This document shows, piece by piece, positions 1-9,050 of a stretch of 64,000 bases of DNA. The notes under the pieces were generated by a model, which had not been told where the DNA came from, searched no databases, and worked only from the letters and a program-made list of their open reading frames with translations. A program made the position numbers and the translations under genes. This DNA comes from an uncultured Clostridia bacterium (GTDB lineage: Bacteria; Bacillota; Clostridia; Christensenellales; CAG-917). Position 1 is the stretch's first letter; each line of letters starts with the position of its first letter. Location: assembly GCA_944372795.1 (NCBI GenBank), contig CALWAF010000001.1, forward strand, positions 64,390 to 128,389. The letters are read 5' to 3'.

Positions 1-213
1 GTCCTCCACCTTGCTCTCGTCGAAGGGATAGATGACAAGCTCGTTTTCCTTTTCCACGAAGACGCGGTTGCGGCTGTTCTCGCTCCTGCCCATGATGAAA
101 TAGGCAAAGACGGCGTTTTTCCCGTCCGCGCTCTTGCCGATGACGATGCCCCTGCCGGGGTAAGAATTGCCCTTGAGCAGGGCGTTGAGGTCGTTTATCG
201 CGTAAATGCTCAT
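1..213 (-). CDS. IMP cyclohydrolase-like protein (stand-alone PurO-type), N-terminal 71 codons; gene runs off the window
   Basis: Truncated, so absent from the ORF track. Minus-strand ATG at 213..211 with GGAGAG 4 nt upstream. The translation MSIYAINDLNALLKGNSYPGRGIVIGKSADGKNAVFAYFIMGRSENSRNRVFVEKENELVIYPFDESKVED resembles the N-terminus of clostridial IMP cyclohydrolase. It follows purN in a pur operon. Confidence 0.65.
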   Translation of the reverse strand, partial: MSIYAINDLNALLKGNSYPGRGIVIGKSADGKNAVFAYFIMGRSENSRNRVFVEKENELVIYPFDESKVED

Positions 214-226
214 TGTTCTCTCCTGT

Positions 227-853
227 TTATTTTGCAAAGTTTTCCGACGCTATCCTTTCGGCGGTGAGCTCCACCGCGCGTGGAAGCAGCTTCCACTCTG
301 CCTCTTCCATGACTCTTCTTTGCAGCGTCTCGGGGGTGTCGTCCTCCCTCACCGCCACTTCTTTTTGAAAAATTATCCTGCCGCCGTCGGGTATCTCGTT
401 GACATAATGCACGGTGGCGCCCGTCACCTTCTCACCCGCCGCCAGCACCGCCTCGTGGACTTTGAGCCCGTAAAACCCCTTCCCGCAGAACTTGGGGATG
501 AGGGAGGGGTGCACGTTGATGATGCGCTCGGGATAGCGGGAGGTGAACTTCTCGGACAGTATGCTCATGAACCCAGCAAGCACGATGACCTCCGCACCCA
601 CGCTCTCTATCGCACGCTCTATCTCGCCCTCGAACTCTTCCTGCGAGGCGCACTTCTTCCTCTCCGCCACGGCGGTGGGGACGCCCGCTTCTTCCGCGCG
701 CTTCAATGCGTAGGCGTCGGGTCTGCTCGACACCACGATGCCGACGCGGGCGTGAGGGAGCTCCCCTCTCTTTTCCGCGTCGAGGATGGCTTGCAGATTG
801 GTGCCGCCGCCCGAGACCAGCACGGCGACGACGACTTTCCTCTCCTCTCTCAT
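227..853 (-). CDS. purN: phosphoribosylglycinamide formyltransferase
   Basis: 208-aa ORF with [16 protein letters not shown] near the N-terminus and INVHPSLIP, both typical of PurN. 4-nt overlap with the purM stop. Confidence 0.9.
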   Translation of the reverse strand: MREERKVVVAVLVSGGGTNLQAILDAEKRGELPHARVGIVVSSRPDAYALKRAEEAGVPTAVAERKKCASQEEFEGEIERAIESVGAEVIVLAGFMSILSEKFTSRYPERIINVHPSLIPKFCGKGFYGLKVHEAVLAAGEKVTGATVHYVNEIPDGGRIIFQKEVAVREDDTPETLQRRVMEEAEWKLLPRAVELTAERIASENFAK

Positions 854-1884
854 TCGATGATCACTCCGTCCTCGGAGGGGACGATCTCTCCGATGATGTA
901 GGCGTCCTCGCCCGCCTCTTTCAGGGTGGCGAGAGCTTTCTCCGCATCCTTTGCCGTCACCACGACGCTCATGCCCACACCCATGTTGAAGGTGTTGAAC
1001 ATATCGCGTTCGGGCACTCCGCCCTCTCTTGCGATGATGTCGAAGAGGGGCAGCACTTTGAGTGCGGACTTGTCTATCTTCGCACCGAACCCCTTGGGGA
1101 TGCTGCGCGGGATGTTCTCATAGAACCCGCCGCCCGTGATGTGCGAGACAGCCTTCACCGTCACGGCATCAAAGAGCGCGAGCATGGGCTTCACGTATAT
1201 CTTTGTGGGGGTGAGCAGCGCCTCTCCGAGGCTCTTTCCGCCCAGCTCCTCCACGGGAGATGTCATGTCTTTGCTCTCGAATATCTTGCGCACGAGGGAG
1301 AACCCGTTGGAATGCACGCCCGAGGACGGCAGCGCGATGACGACGTCGCCCGCCTGCACCTTGGAGTTATCAAGCACCTTTGAGCGATCCACAACGCCCA
1401 CGGCGAACCCCGCGAGGTCATATTCGTCCTCGGGATAGAACCCCGGCATCTCGGCAGTCTCACCGCCGATGAGAGCTGCGCCCGCCTGCACGCAGCCTTC
1501 CGCAACACCGGACACTATCGCCGCTATGCGCTCGGGCACGTTCTTGCCGCAGGCGATGTAATCGAGGAAAAAGAGAGGCTTTGCTCCGCAGCAGATGACG
1601 TCGTTGACGCACATTGCCACGCAGTCGATGCCTATGGTGTCATGCTTTTGCAGCATGAATGCGTATTTGAGCTTGGTGCCCACGCCGTCCGTGCCGCTGA
1701 CGAGCACGGGACGCGTCATGCCCGTAAGGTCTAGCTCGAAGAGCCCGCCGAAGCCGCCTATGTCACTCGCCGCGCCCGCCGTAACGGTGCGTGCGATGTG
1801 CTTCTTCATGAGCTCCACCGCCCTATATCCCGCGGTGATGTCAACGCCCGCCTGCTTGTAGCTTTCGCTGAAAGACTTTTCCAT
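850..1884 (-). CDS. purM: phosphoribosylformylglycinamidine cyclo-ligase (AIR synthetase)
   Basis: 344-aa ORF with PurM/AIR-synthase signatures ([30 protein letters not shown]). Sits in the operon between purE and purN. Confidence 0.95.
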   Translation of the reverse strand: MEKSFSESYKQAGVDITAGYRAVELMKKHIARTVTAGAASDIGGFGGLFELDLTGMTRPVLVSGTDGVGTKLKYAFMLQKHDTIGIDCVAMCVNDVICCGAKPLFFLDYIACGKNVPERIAAIVSGVAEGCVQAGAALIGGETAEMPGFYPEDEYDLAGFAVGVVDRSKVLDNSKVQAGDVVIALPSSGVHSNGFSLVRKIFESKDMTSPVEELGGKSLGEALLTPTKIYVKPMLALFDAVTVKAVSHITGGGFYENIPRSIPKGFGAKIDKSALKVLPLFDIIAREGGVPERDMFNTFNMGVGMSVVVTAKDAEKALATLKEAGEDAYIIGEIVPSEDGVIIE

Positions 1885-1885
1885 G

Positions 1886-2389
1886 TCAACCTCTCATCGC
1901 CGTGAGTTTTGCCTCCAATGCGGCATCCTTTTCAAGCACTTTCGCCTTGTCTGCGGCGCGTTTTGCGGCAAGTTTTTCCGCAAGCTCGGGCTCGGAGACG
2001 GCGAGGATCTCGAGAGCGAGCAGCGCGGCATTGACGGCTCCGTCCACTCCCACGGTCGCGACGGGGATGCCGGGAGGCATCTGCACCGTTGCGAGCAGTG
2101 CGTCCAGCCCGTCCAGCGCCGCCGCCTTGACGGGGATGCCGATGACGGGAAGCGTGGTGGAAGCGGCAAGCGCTCCCGCAAGATGTGCCGCCATGCCCGC
2201 CGCCGCGATTATGACGCCGAAACCGTGCTCTCTCGCGCTCTCCGCAAAAGCCTTTGCCTCCGCGGGAGTGCGGTGTGCGGAATAGACGTGCGCCTCGCAC
2301 TCCACTCCGAAGGATCTCACCGTTTCCACGGCTTTTCCTACGACGGGCAGGTCGCTGTCGCTGCCCATGATCACTGCGATCTTTTTCAT
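1886..2389 (-). CDS. purE: 5-(carboxyamino)imidazole ribonucleotide mutase
   Basis: 167-aa ORF with the PurE motifs [16 protein letters not shown] and [10 protein letters not shown]. First gene of the visible pur operon. Confidence 0.95.
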   Translation of the reverse strand: MKKIAVIMGSDSDLPVVGKAVETVRSFGVECEAHVYSAHRTPAEAKAFAESAREHGFGVIIAAAGMAAHLAGALAASTTLPVIGIPVKAAALDGLDALLATVQMPPGIPVATVGVDGAVNAALLALEILAVSEPELAEKLAAKRAADKAKVLEKDAALEAKLTAMRG

Positions 2390-2640
2390 GTTTCACCTCT
2401 CCCCTTCCCGGGGCGCGCAGGGGACTTTTGTCCTCCCCGCAGACGCAGCGTCACCCGCGGCGTCCAAAAAAGGCAGCTTGCTCACGCAAGACTGCCCATT
2501 CACTCACTGTCGCACTCGGACGCAATTTTCCCGCAGACACCTGCTGCCTCCCCGAAGGAGGACAGTCCGCATCCCTTTGAGAAAACCGAACCGTACCGAA
2601 ATTGCATGGTCTAATCATACACTATCAAAATTGCGATGTC
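2390..2640 (-). promoter_or_regulatory. pur operon 5' leader containing an intrinsic-terminator hairpin (attenuator or riboswitch expression platform, class unassigned)
   Basis: On the minus strand, GGCAGTCTTGCGTGAGCAAGCTGCC (2496..2472) is followed by TTTTTTGG, about 75 nt upstream of the purE ATG. There is no ORF in the leader. I could not recognise the aptamer core. Confidence 0.45.
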
Positions 2641-2726
2641 AAAAAATTGAATGCCCTTTTTCCAAGATTTCGGCATACATTTTGAACATATTGTATATCA
2701 CGCGCGCGAGAGCACAATATGGTGTG

Positions 2727-3374
2727 TCACTCTCCGCCGTTCAGTCTCACTCCGCAGGACTCGCAGAATTTGGCGCCCGCGTCTTTGACGGGAGCCCCGC
2801 ATGCGGGACAGTAGCGCGGCGCCGTTCTCTCCCTCATCATGTCTACGGCGGCAGTCGCGGGGAGGGCAAGGGCGATGAACTCGTCGTACATCCTGCGCGC
2901 GTCTTCCTCCGTGAGGGAAAGCGACGTCTTTGCCACCACCTCGTCGCCTACTATCTCATATCCTTTCACCGAGCCGCCGTCGATGAGCGCCCGCACCGTC
3001 GTCTTCATCGCTTCAAACGCCTGAACGGTCTGCACCACGGCAAGGGAGGCTATCACGGTGGCGTCCTTTGCCTCTATCCTGTCCGCGAGGGCGACGAGCT
3101 GCGTATAGCGCGCACGCATCGTAAAGAGGAAAGGCATGGTCACGGCGCACGCGCCGAACACCGCAAACGGGATGAAAATGTATTGCATGGTCTCGTTGCC
3201 GCCCCCGCTGCCCGAAGTCGCACTCAAAGTGATGAATGAGATGAAAGCGGCAAGGATGACCAGCACTCCCAAGGCGAGCACGACCGTGAAGACGGTCTTT
3301 CTCACCCGCACGTTTCCGCATTTTGTGACGGCTCCGAACGAGCCCGCATTTCTAATATTTATCTGCATAAACAC
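2727..3374 (-). CDS. hypothetical membrane protein with C-terminal zinc-ribbon
   Basis: 215-aa ORF with hydrophobic N-terminal segments. The C-terminus is CPACGAPVKDAGAKFCESCG (CxxC-x11-CxxC). Paralogous to 14935..15579. Confidence 0.6.
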   Translation of the reverse strand: MFMQINIRNAGSFGAVTKCGNVRVRKTVFTVVLALGVLVILAAFISFITLSATSGSGGGNETMQYIFIPFAVFGACAVTMPFLFTMRARYTQLVALADRIEAKDATVIASLAVVQTVQAFEAMKTTVRALIDGGSVKGYEIVGDEVVAKTSLSLTEEDARRMYDEFIALALPATAAVDMMRERTAPRYCPACGAPVKDAGAKFCESCGVRLNGGE

Positions 3375-3463
3375 TCCTAATTTTCATATTAGCACATCTC
3401 GGCGGATCGCGCAACGCCGCTCGGGAACAAAACCGCCCGCTCCCGCGATGCGCAATTTTTCCG

Positions 3464-3492
3464 TTGCTTTTCTACTCCCTTGGTGCTATGAT
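3464..3492 (+). promoter_or_regulatory. sigma-A type promoter of the XRE gene (TTGCTT-17-TATGAT)
   Basis: TTGCTT at 3464..3469, a 17-bp spacer, then TATGAT at 3487..3492. The ATG lies 6 nt after the -10 box and there is no Shine-Dalgarno sequence, which implies a leaderless mRNA. Confidence 0.5.
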
Positions 3493-3498
3493 CTGTAT

Positions 3499-3735
3499 AT
3501 GGCGTATGAAGAGTCACACGGCAACGTGCAGATCCAAGTGGCTGCGCGCATAAAGGAACTCATGCGGGAGAACAGTCTCACGCAGGTGGCGCTCGCCGCT
3601 GCCGTGGGGCTGAAACAGAACACCGTGAGCGCATGGCTTTTGGGCAAGAAGGAGCCGAGCATCCGGAGCCTGTGGCTGCTGGCAGACTACTTCAATGTGG
3701 AGATCGACTATCTCGTGGGGCGGAAGGACTACTGA
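3499..3735 (+). CDS. XRE-family helix-turn-helix transcriptional regulator
   Basis: In-frame ATG inside ORF 3136..3735. The 78-aa product contains the HTH_3 pattern LTQVALAAAVGLKQNTVSAWLLGKKEPSIRSLWLLADYF. The longer upstream extension is low-complexity and overlaps the promoter. Confidence 0.8.
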   Translation: MAYEESHGNVQIQVAARIKELMRENSLTQVALAAAVGLKQNTVSAWLLGKKEPSIRSLWLLADYFNVEIDYLVGRKDY

Positions 3736-3833
3736 TCCGCGGGAAACGATAATCATAGTTTCTATTGCATATCGTGCTCACAAGTGGTAAAATAAGAATT
3801 GCTTAAGAGACCGGCAGACGGAAAGGAGGCAGC

Positions 3834-4850
3834 ATGAAAAGACCGTACGCCGTTTTTTTTGTTCTCGTGATGCTTTTTGCGACACTCGCGTTTTCCCTTG
3901 CCGCGTGCAACGATAACACGGGCGGGACTACGCAGGACGACACGTCCGCGGTGCAAGACCCCGACGACACCGAAACTCCCTCCACCGACGATCCGAGTTC
4001 GGACGACGACACCGACACGGACGACGAGGCGACTTACATCTACTATAAACCCGTCCAAGGCTACGATTACACCGAGGGAGATGAGATCGAGCACATCACC
4101 TACTACTCCTCCGTTGCGGGCGCCGACAAGCACGCCAACGTCATCCTCCCCGTGGACTATGACCCCGAAAAAAGCTATCCCGTGCTTTACCTTCTCCACG
4201 GTCTCATGAGTGACGAGTACTCATGGATAGACGGCGTCTACGGGCTTGAGATGGGCGCAAACTACATCGTGCAGAACGCCCACTATTTCGACGGCGCTCC
4301 CGAGATGATCGTGGTGTGCGTCAACAGCCTCGTCAATGCCACGGAGACGGAGCCCGAGTGGGACATGTTCCCGCCCTCCGCACCTCCCGAACTCGCCGAG
4401 ACCTACGACCTCACGGGACGGGACATCACGGAATGTCTCATGCCCTACATCAACGCACACTACTCCACCCTGACGGGCAAGGAGAACACCGCGATCGCGG
4501 GCTACTCCATGGGAGGGCGTGAAGCCATGCTCACCGCGTTTGCTTATCAGGACATCTTCGGTTGGGTGGGCGCATTTTCGTCGGCGTCCTTCGGCACCGA
4601 CGTCGTGTCTGCCTCCGACTACGTGCCCGATTTCACCCTAGACAAGGGCTCCGACGGCTTTTATTACGTGCAAATCACGGTGGGCGGCTTTGACACCCTC
4701 GCACCCGTGAGCAGGAACATATGCGCAAGGCTTGATGAGATAGGCGTGGAATACACCTACAACACCGTCTTCTTCGGGGGGCACTCCCCTTCGGTGTGGC
4801 GCTCCGCGCTTAACGACTTCGTCAAAAACATATTCACGGATCCGGCGTGA
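3834..4850 (+). CDS. secreted lipoprotein esterase (putative esterase / CE1-like alpha/beta hydrolase)
   Basis: Lipobox LAAC at the N-terminus and an Asp/Thr/Pro-rich linker. GYSMGG nucleophile elbow and PVLYLLHG oxyanion region. AGGAGG RBS. Confidence 0.8.
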   Translation: MKRPYAVFFVLVMLFATLAFSLAACNDNTGGTTQDDTSAVQDPDDTETPSTDDPSSDDDTDTDDEATYIYYKPVQGYDYTEGDEIEHITYYSSVAGADKHANVILPVDYDPEKSYPVLYLLHGLMSDEYSWIDGVYGLEMGANYIVQNAHYFDGAPEMIVVCVNSLVNATETEPEWDMFPPSAPPELAETYDLTGRDITECLMPYINAHYSTLTGKENTAIAGYSMGGREAMLTAFAYQDIFGWVGAFSSASFGTDVVSASDYVPDFTLDKGSDGFYYVQITVGGFDTLAPVSRNICARLDEIGVEYTYNTVFFGGHSPSVWRSALNDFVKNIFTDPA

Positions 4851-4951
4851 ACGGCGCGCACCCCTACACAATTGAGAGTTAACAAGCATATTTGCGCGCG
4901 TTAAACATCGGTTTCGCGCAAAAGAACAAACGGATCTCGTGTTTTACGGCA

Positions 4952-4984
4952 CAAAAAAAGGCGGCATACATTGCCGCCTTTTTC
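4952..4984. terminator. bidirectional intrinsic terminator between convergent genes
   Basis: AAAAAAAGGCGGCA-TACAT-TGCCGCCTTTTT, with an A-run and a T-run flanking an 8-bp GC-rich stem. Confidence 0.75.
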
Positions 4985-4995
4985 ATCGTCTTGTG

Positions 4996-5955
4996 TCACT
5001 TTACTGCAAGCGCCGAAAGCTCCCCTTTTAGCACTGCGCTCCACTTCTCGGGCTCTTCAACGTCGGGAGAATGGGCGGAGTTTTCAAACCACACCCACTT
5101 CTTCGCGGGAGCGGAGAGGGCGTCGAACCATTCCTTCGCGATCGCGGAGGGGGTGTTGTAGTCGTGTCTGCCCTGCGTGATGACGACGGGGACGTCGAGG
5201 CTCTTTATCGCGCTCAAACGCTGACCCACCACATCGGGCCACATCACGTCGGTGAGGTAGGTCGCGCCCTGCGCATACTTCACGATGTCCGCAAGGGAAT
5301 ATTCCTTGGTCTTCAGAAGGGGCATGAGCAGACCTTTCACCAACCCCTGTTTGCCGCCGTGTATGGCGCCGCCGTAGCGGGAGAGGCAGTCGCGCTGGAT
5401 CATCATGCTCTTGTTGTCGGGATAGACTCCGTCCACGGGCGCGCCCTTTTCAAGGGCGGCGAGAGCCTTTTTGTCCCCGCGCCTTTTCGCCTCTTCGAGG
5501 CAGAAGCGGTAGGAACCTTCCTCGTTGCGGTCGCCGTCCACGAACTGCCCTTCTCCGACATAGGCAAAGAGCAGGTCGGGTCGCCGCGCCGCAGCCAGCA
5601 CTCCGATGATGGAACCCCAGCTGTGCCCCACCATTGCGACCTTGCGCACGCCGAATTTGCCGGTGAGATACTCCAGCATGAATTCCACGTCATCCACGTA
5701 GTCCGCCACCTTGGGGACGCTCTTTTTGATGCCGGGGGTGTAGCTCTTCCCGCTGCCGCGCTGATCCCAGCACACAAGGGTGAAATCCTCGGCTAGGTCG
5801 GAGTGGTCGCGCAGGATGTTGTGCCTGTCGCACACCCCGGGCCCGCCGTGCAGGAAGAGGATGACGGGCAGCCCCTTTTTCGCCGCGCGGACGCGGATGT
5901 TCTGGATGCTGCCGTTGACTTCTACGTTTTCGCTGTAATCGAGTTGATAAGTCAT
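4996..5955 (-). CDS. alpha/beta hydrolase, proline iminopeptidase-like (S33 family)
   Basis: 319 aa with LFLHGGPG, WDQRGSGKS and the nucleophile elbow GHSWGS. Confidence 0.8.
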   Translation of the reverse strand: MTYQLDYSENVEVNGSIQNIRVRAAKKGLPVILFLHGGPGVCDRHNILRDHSDLAEDFTLVCWDQRGSGKSYTPGIKKSVPKVADYVDDVEFMLEYLTGKFGVRKVAMVGHSWGSIIGVLAAARRPDLLFAYVGEGQFVDGDRNEEGSYRFCLEEAKRRGDKKALAALEKGAPVDGVYPDNKSMMIQRDCLSRYGGAIHGGKQGLVKGLLMPLLKTKEYSLADIVKYAQGATYLTDVMWPDVVGQRLSAIKSLDVPVVITQGRHDYNTPSAIAKEWFDALSAPAKKWVWFENSAHSPDVEEPEKWSAVLKGELSALAVK

Positions 5956-5956
5956 A

Positions 5957-7267
5957 TCAAAGCTCCTTCATCAATCCGTCAAGGACGGACTCTATCTTCT
6001 CGTTGCGTTTGAGACGAGGCGACTCTATCACCCTGCCGCCCGCAGCCACGAGCAACGGGGTGCGCAGAGTCTCGGGATGCACGGTGGGATCATCCGCAAG
6101 GAAGACGAGATCGGCGCGTTTGCCGGGCTCGAGCGAGCCCACTTTGTCCGCCTGTCCGAGGGCTTCGGCGCCGCCCATCGTCGCCGCATACAGCGCCGCT
6201 TTCACGCCGAATCCGCCGAGTTTTGCGAAATACACCACCTCACGCCACATGCCCGTCTGCGTGGAGAAGGGACAGGACGCGTCCGTGCCCATCGCCACCG
6301 TGATGCCGTGCGCATAGGCGTCCTTCGCGCACTGCGTCATGCCTTCCAGCACGATGCCGGAGTTGAACACTCTCACGTCGTCCAGCTTGGTGAGCTCGGT
6401 GGGGAGTTTGTAGTAAGGATATGCGGGAGTGTACGTCGTCACCACCGCGCCGCCGCGGGCTTTGAGCGCCGCCGCAGCCTCTTCGGTAAGATGTGCGCCG
6501 TGCTCGATGGTGTCCACGCCGCCGAGGGCTGCGATCTCCACCCCTCTCGGGCTTTGGACGTGCGCGGCGACCTTTTTGCCGAGGGCGTGCGCCATGTCGC
6601 AAGCCGCCTTCACCTGCTCTTCCGTCATCTTTACCTCGCCGGGCTCGCCCTTCTTCTTCGCGTCGGTGACGCCGCCCGTGATGCATATCTTGATGAGGTC
6701 GGCACCGTTTTTCACGTTCTGATCCACCAGCGCCGCGAACTCCGCGGGAGTGGACGCCGTGAGCGCAAACGTACCGTCGCCGTGTCCGCCGGGTGCAGTG
6801 AGCGCAGGACCCGACGCCACGAGATTGAGTCCCGCCGCCTTGCCTTTGCCCTTCCTTATGCCGTCGCGCACGATGAGATCGGAATATCTGAAATCCCCCA
6901 GCCCGCGCAGCGTGGTCACGCCGGAATTGAGTTCCTGCGCGCAAGCGGAAGACACCAGCATTTTCAGCACCGCGAGCCCGAGAGCGCTGTGCACGAGTTT
7001 GAGCACCAGCTTCTGCGCTCCGCCGCCCGAGATGACCTTGCTGGGCGCGCCCGTGCCGAAGAGGTGGGCATGCGCGTTGACCAGCCCCGGGAAGACATAC
7101 TTCCCCGCCGCGTCGTACACCTTCATCCCCGTCTTGTCGCCGCCCGCGGGCGCGATGCGGGTGATGATGCCGTTCTCGGCAAAGATATCCACGCCGCGCA
7201 CGACGGCGCAGTCCGCCTTGACGTCTACCATATTGCAATTCGCAAACACGACCTTTGTGTTCTTCAT
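5957..7267 (-). CDS. metal-dependent amidohydrolase family protein
   Basis: 436 aa with the N-terminal HxH metal motif (VNAHAHLF) and later conserved His/Asp positions (AAHV, IEHG, GTDA) of the amidohydrolase superfamily. Confidence 0.85.
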   Translation of the reverse strand: MKNTKVVFANCNMVDVKADCAVVRGVDIFAENGIITRIAPAGGDKTGMKVYDAAGKYVFPGLVNAHAHLFGTGAPSKVISGGGAQKLVLKLVHSALGLAVLKMLVSSACAQELNSGVTTLRGLGDFRYSDLIVRDGIRKGKGKAAGLNLVASGPALTAPGGHGDGTFALTASTPAEFAALVDQNVKNGADLIKICITGGVTDAKKKGEPGEVKMTEEQVKAACDMAHALGKKVAAHVQSPRGVEIAALGGVDTIEHGAHLTEEAAAALKARGGAVVTTYTPAYPYYKLPTELTKLDDVRVFNSGIVLEGMTQCAKDAYAHGITVAMGTDASCPFSTQTGMWREVVYFAKLGGFGVKAALYAATMGGAEALGQADKVGSLEPGKRADLVFLADDPTVHPETLRTPLLVAAGGRVIESPRLKRNEKIESVLDGLMKEL

Positions 7268-7426
7268 CCGTAATTCCTCCGACGCGCACCTGTGCGCGCG
7301 TGCTTTGACTTAATTATACAACGCCTGCGCCGAGAGGCAAGCGTTTGAAAAAAATTGAACGTTCATCGAACACCCGTATGTGTGATAAGCCCGACTTTTA
7401 ATGTCGTGTGTCAAAAAATTTCGCCG

Positions 7427-7455
7427 TTGACACCTTGTCGGCTTGATGTTATATT
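7427..7455 (+). promoter_or_regulatory. sigma-A promoter of GH18 module A (TTGACA-17-TATATT)
   Basis: TTGACA at 7427..7432, a 17-bp spacer, then TATATT at 7450..7455. Confidence 0.6.
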
Positions 7456-7463
7456 ACCAGCGG

Positions 7464-7500
7464 GGATAAAGGCACATAGGGGTCTTTATCCTATTTTTTT
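7464..7500 (+). promoter_or_regulatory. terminator-like hairpin plus U-tract in the short leader of GH18-A
   Basis: GGATAAAG-N12-CTTTATCC (7464..7491) is followed by TATTTTTTT and immediately precedes the AGGAG RBS. Confidence 0.4.
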
Positions 7501-7513
7501 TAGGAGTAATATT

Positions 7514-9037
7514 ATGCGAGGAAAGAAAATTGCAGCCCTCACCGTGGCTGCTATGCTGTGCGCCGTGATCTGTCTTGCCGCGCTCACCGCGTGCAACGAT
7601 ACGGCGTCCGTCGCGGGCAAGGGCGTCGAAAAGCCCGAGAACGTGTTCGTCAACGACCTCGACACCGTTGACGGCACCGACCTCACCGACAGCGCCACGG
7701 TCTCGACCAGCTCCGCCCACGGGTCCGCAGCTAACCTCACCGACGGCGCCACCGACACCGCATGGACGGCGGAAGGCATCGACGGCGAGTGCATCACGAT
7801 CACCTTTGACACTGCGGTCACCTTCAACACCGTGGTGCTGCGCGAGAACGGCAACTACATCACCGGTTTCCGCTTCGAGGCAGAGACCGAGGACGGCAGA
7901 GAGGAATTCTACCGTCAGGACAGGATGGAGCGCTATCGCTACTGCTCTTTCGATGCAGTGACCGCCACCGAGCTCTACATCTCCATCGACGGCGTGAACG
8001 AAGGCAGGAACATCTCCGTCTCGGAAGTGGAAGTGTACAACCTCGCTCCCAAGACCTATGAGGACGAATTCCGCGTCTTTGCCTACTACAACGTCGGCGA
8101 TTTCAGGAACCCCGCGCTCGACAAGGCGCAGCTCACCGCACAGCTTGACGTCGTGACGGACATCATCCTCTTCGAGTACGTCTATTGGAACGCGGAAGGC
8201 GAGCTCACCTTCACCCGGCGCGACTCCGAGTCGGCAGACGTCGCCTCCACCGCTTACCTCGAAGAGGCGATCGCTTATATCAAGAGCTGCAATCCCGACG
8301 TCAGGATCTGCCTCGACATCCTTCCCGGGAACAAAGCCGCACACGGTCTGCCGGAGTGCACCGAGAACCTCACGAACAACATCGCGGATCTCGTGCGCGA
8401 GCTTGACGTGGACGGCGTGGAATTCGACTGGGAATATCCCTCCACTCCCTCCGAATGGAAGGCATACGGCGACATGATGCTGGCGCTCAAAGAGAAGATA
8501 GGTGAGGAAGGCAGATACGTCTCCGTCGCCCTTTCCAACTTCAACGTCGGGTTCGACAAGGAGCACATCGAAGGCATCGACTTCGTGCAGATCATGGGTT
8601 ATGACCGCTTCGACCCGGACGGCAACAACTCTTCCTTCCGCAGCGGAGCGTACCTTCCCATGCGCTACTTCGTCAACCTCGGCTTCAAGCCCTCCCAGCT
8701 CGTCGCGGGAATGCCCGCCTACGGCAGACCCGACAACGAGACCGTCGGCGAATATTGGACGAACTATTATCACAACGGCGGCGAAGTGTGGGCGGACGAA
8801 GACAGAACGCAGGAATTCACCAAGTGGGACAACGTGCAGTATCTCACCTATGGAGGCATCGACATGAAGGTGTACGTCACGGGCGGCGCAATGGCTTACG
8901 ACAAGACCGCCTACGCCATCGAACAGGACTTTGCAGGCGTCATGGTCTTCCGCAACCTCATCGACTACCCCATGGACGACGACCGCAGTGTCATCCGCGC
9001 GATCGGCGAAGCCATAGACGCGCTCATAGCGCAATAA
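7514..9037 (+). CDS. lipoprotein: F5/8 type C (discoidin)-like domain fused to a GH18 glycoside hydrolase (chitinase / endo-beta-N-acetylglucosaminidase type)
   Basis: Start trimmed to ATG 7514, with AGGAG upstream and the lipobox LAALTAC. Discoidin-like pattern AANLTDGATDTAWTAEG...ISVSEVEVYN. GH18 catalytic motif DGVEFDWEYP. Confidence 0.85.
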   Translation: MRGKKIAALTVAAMLCAVICLAALTACNDTASVAGKGVEKPENVFVNDLDTVDGTDLTDSATVSTSSAHGSAANLTDGATDTAWTAEGIDGECITITFDTAVTFNTVVLRENGNYITGFRFEAETEDGREEFYRQDRMERYRYCSFDAVTATELYISIDGVNEGRNISVSEVEVYNLAPKTYEDEFRVFAYYNVGDFRNPALDKAQLTAQLDVVTDIILFEYVYWNAEGELTFTRRDSESADVASTAYLEEAIAYIKSCNPDVRICLDILPGNKAAHGLPECTENLTNNIADLVRELDVDGVEFDWEYPSTPSEWKAYGDMMLALKEKIGEEGRYVSVALSNFNVGFDKEHIEGIDFVQIMGYDRFDPDGNNSSFRSGAYLPMRYFVNLGFKPSQLVAGMPAYGRPDNETVGEYWTNYYHNGGEVWADEDRTQEFTKWDNVQYLTYGGIDMKVYVTGGAMAYDKTAYAIEQDFAGVMVFRNLIDYPMDDDRSVIRAIGEAIDALIAQ

Positions 9038-9050
9038 AGGGGGTGTGAAC

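Noticed and set aside
2390-2640. Calling the purE leader a purine or ZTP riboswitch
   Set aside because: The genomic context fits, but I could not locate the conserved aptamer cores by eye. It is reported only as an unassigned leader with a terminator.
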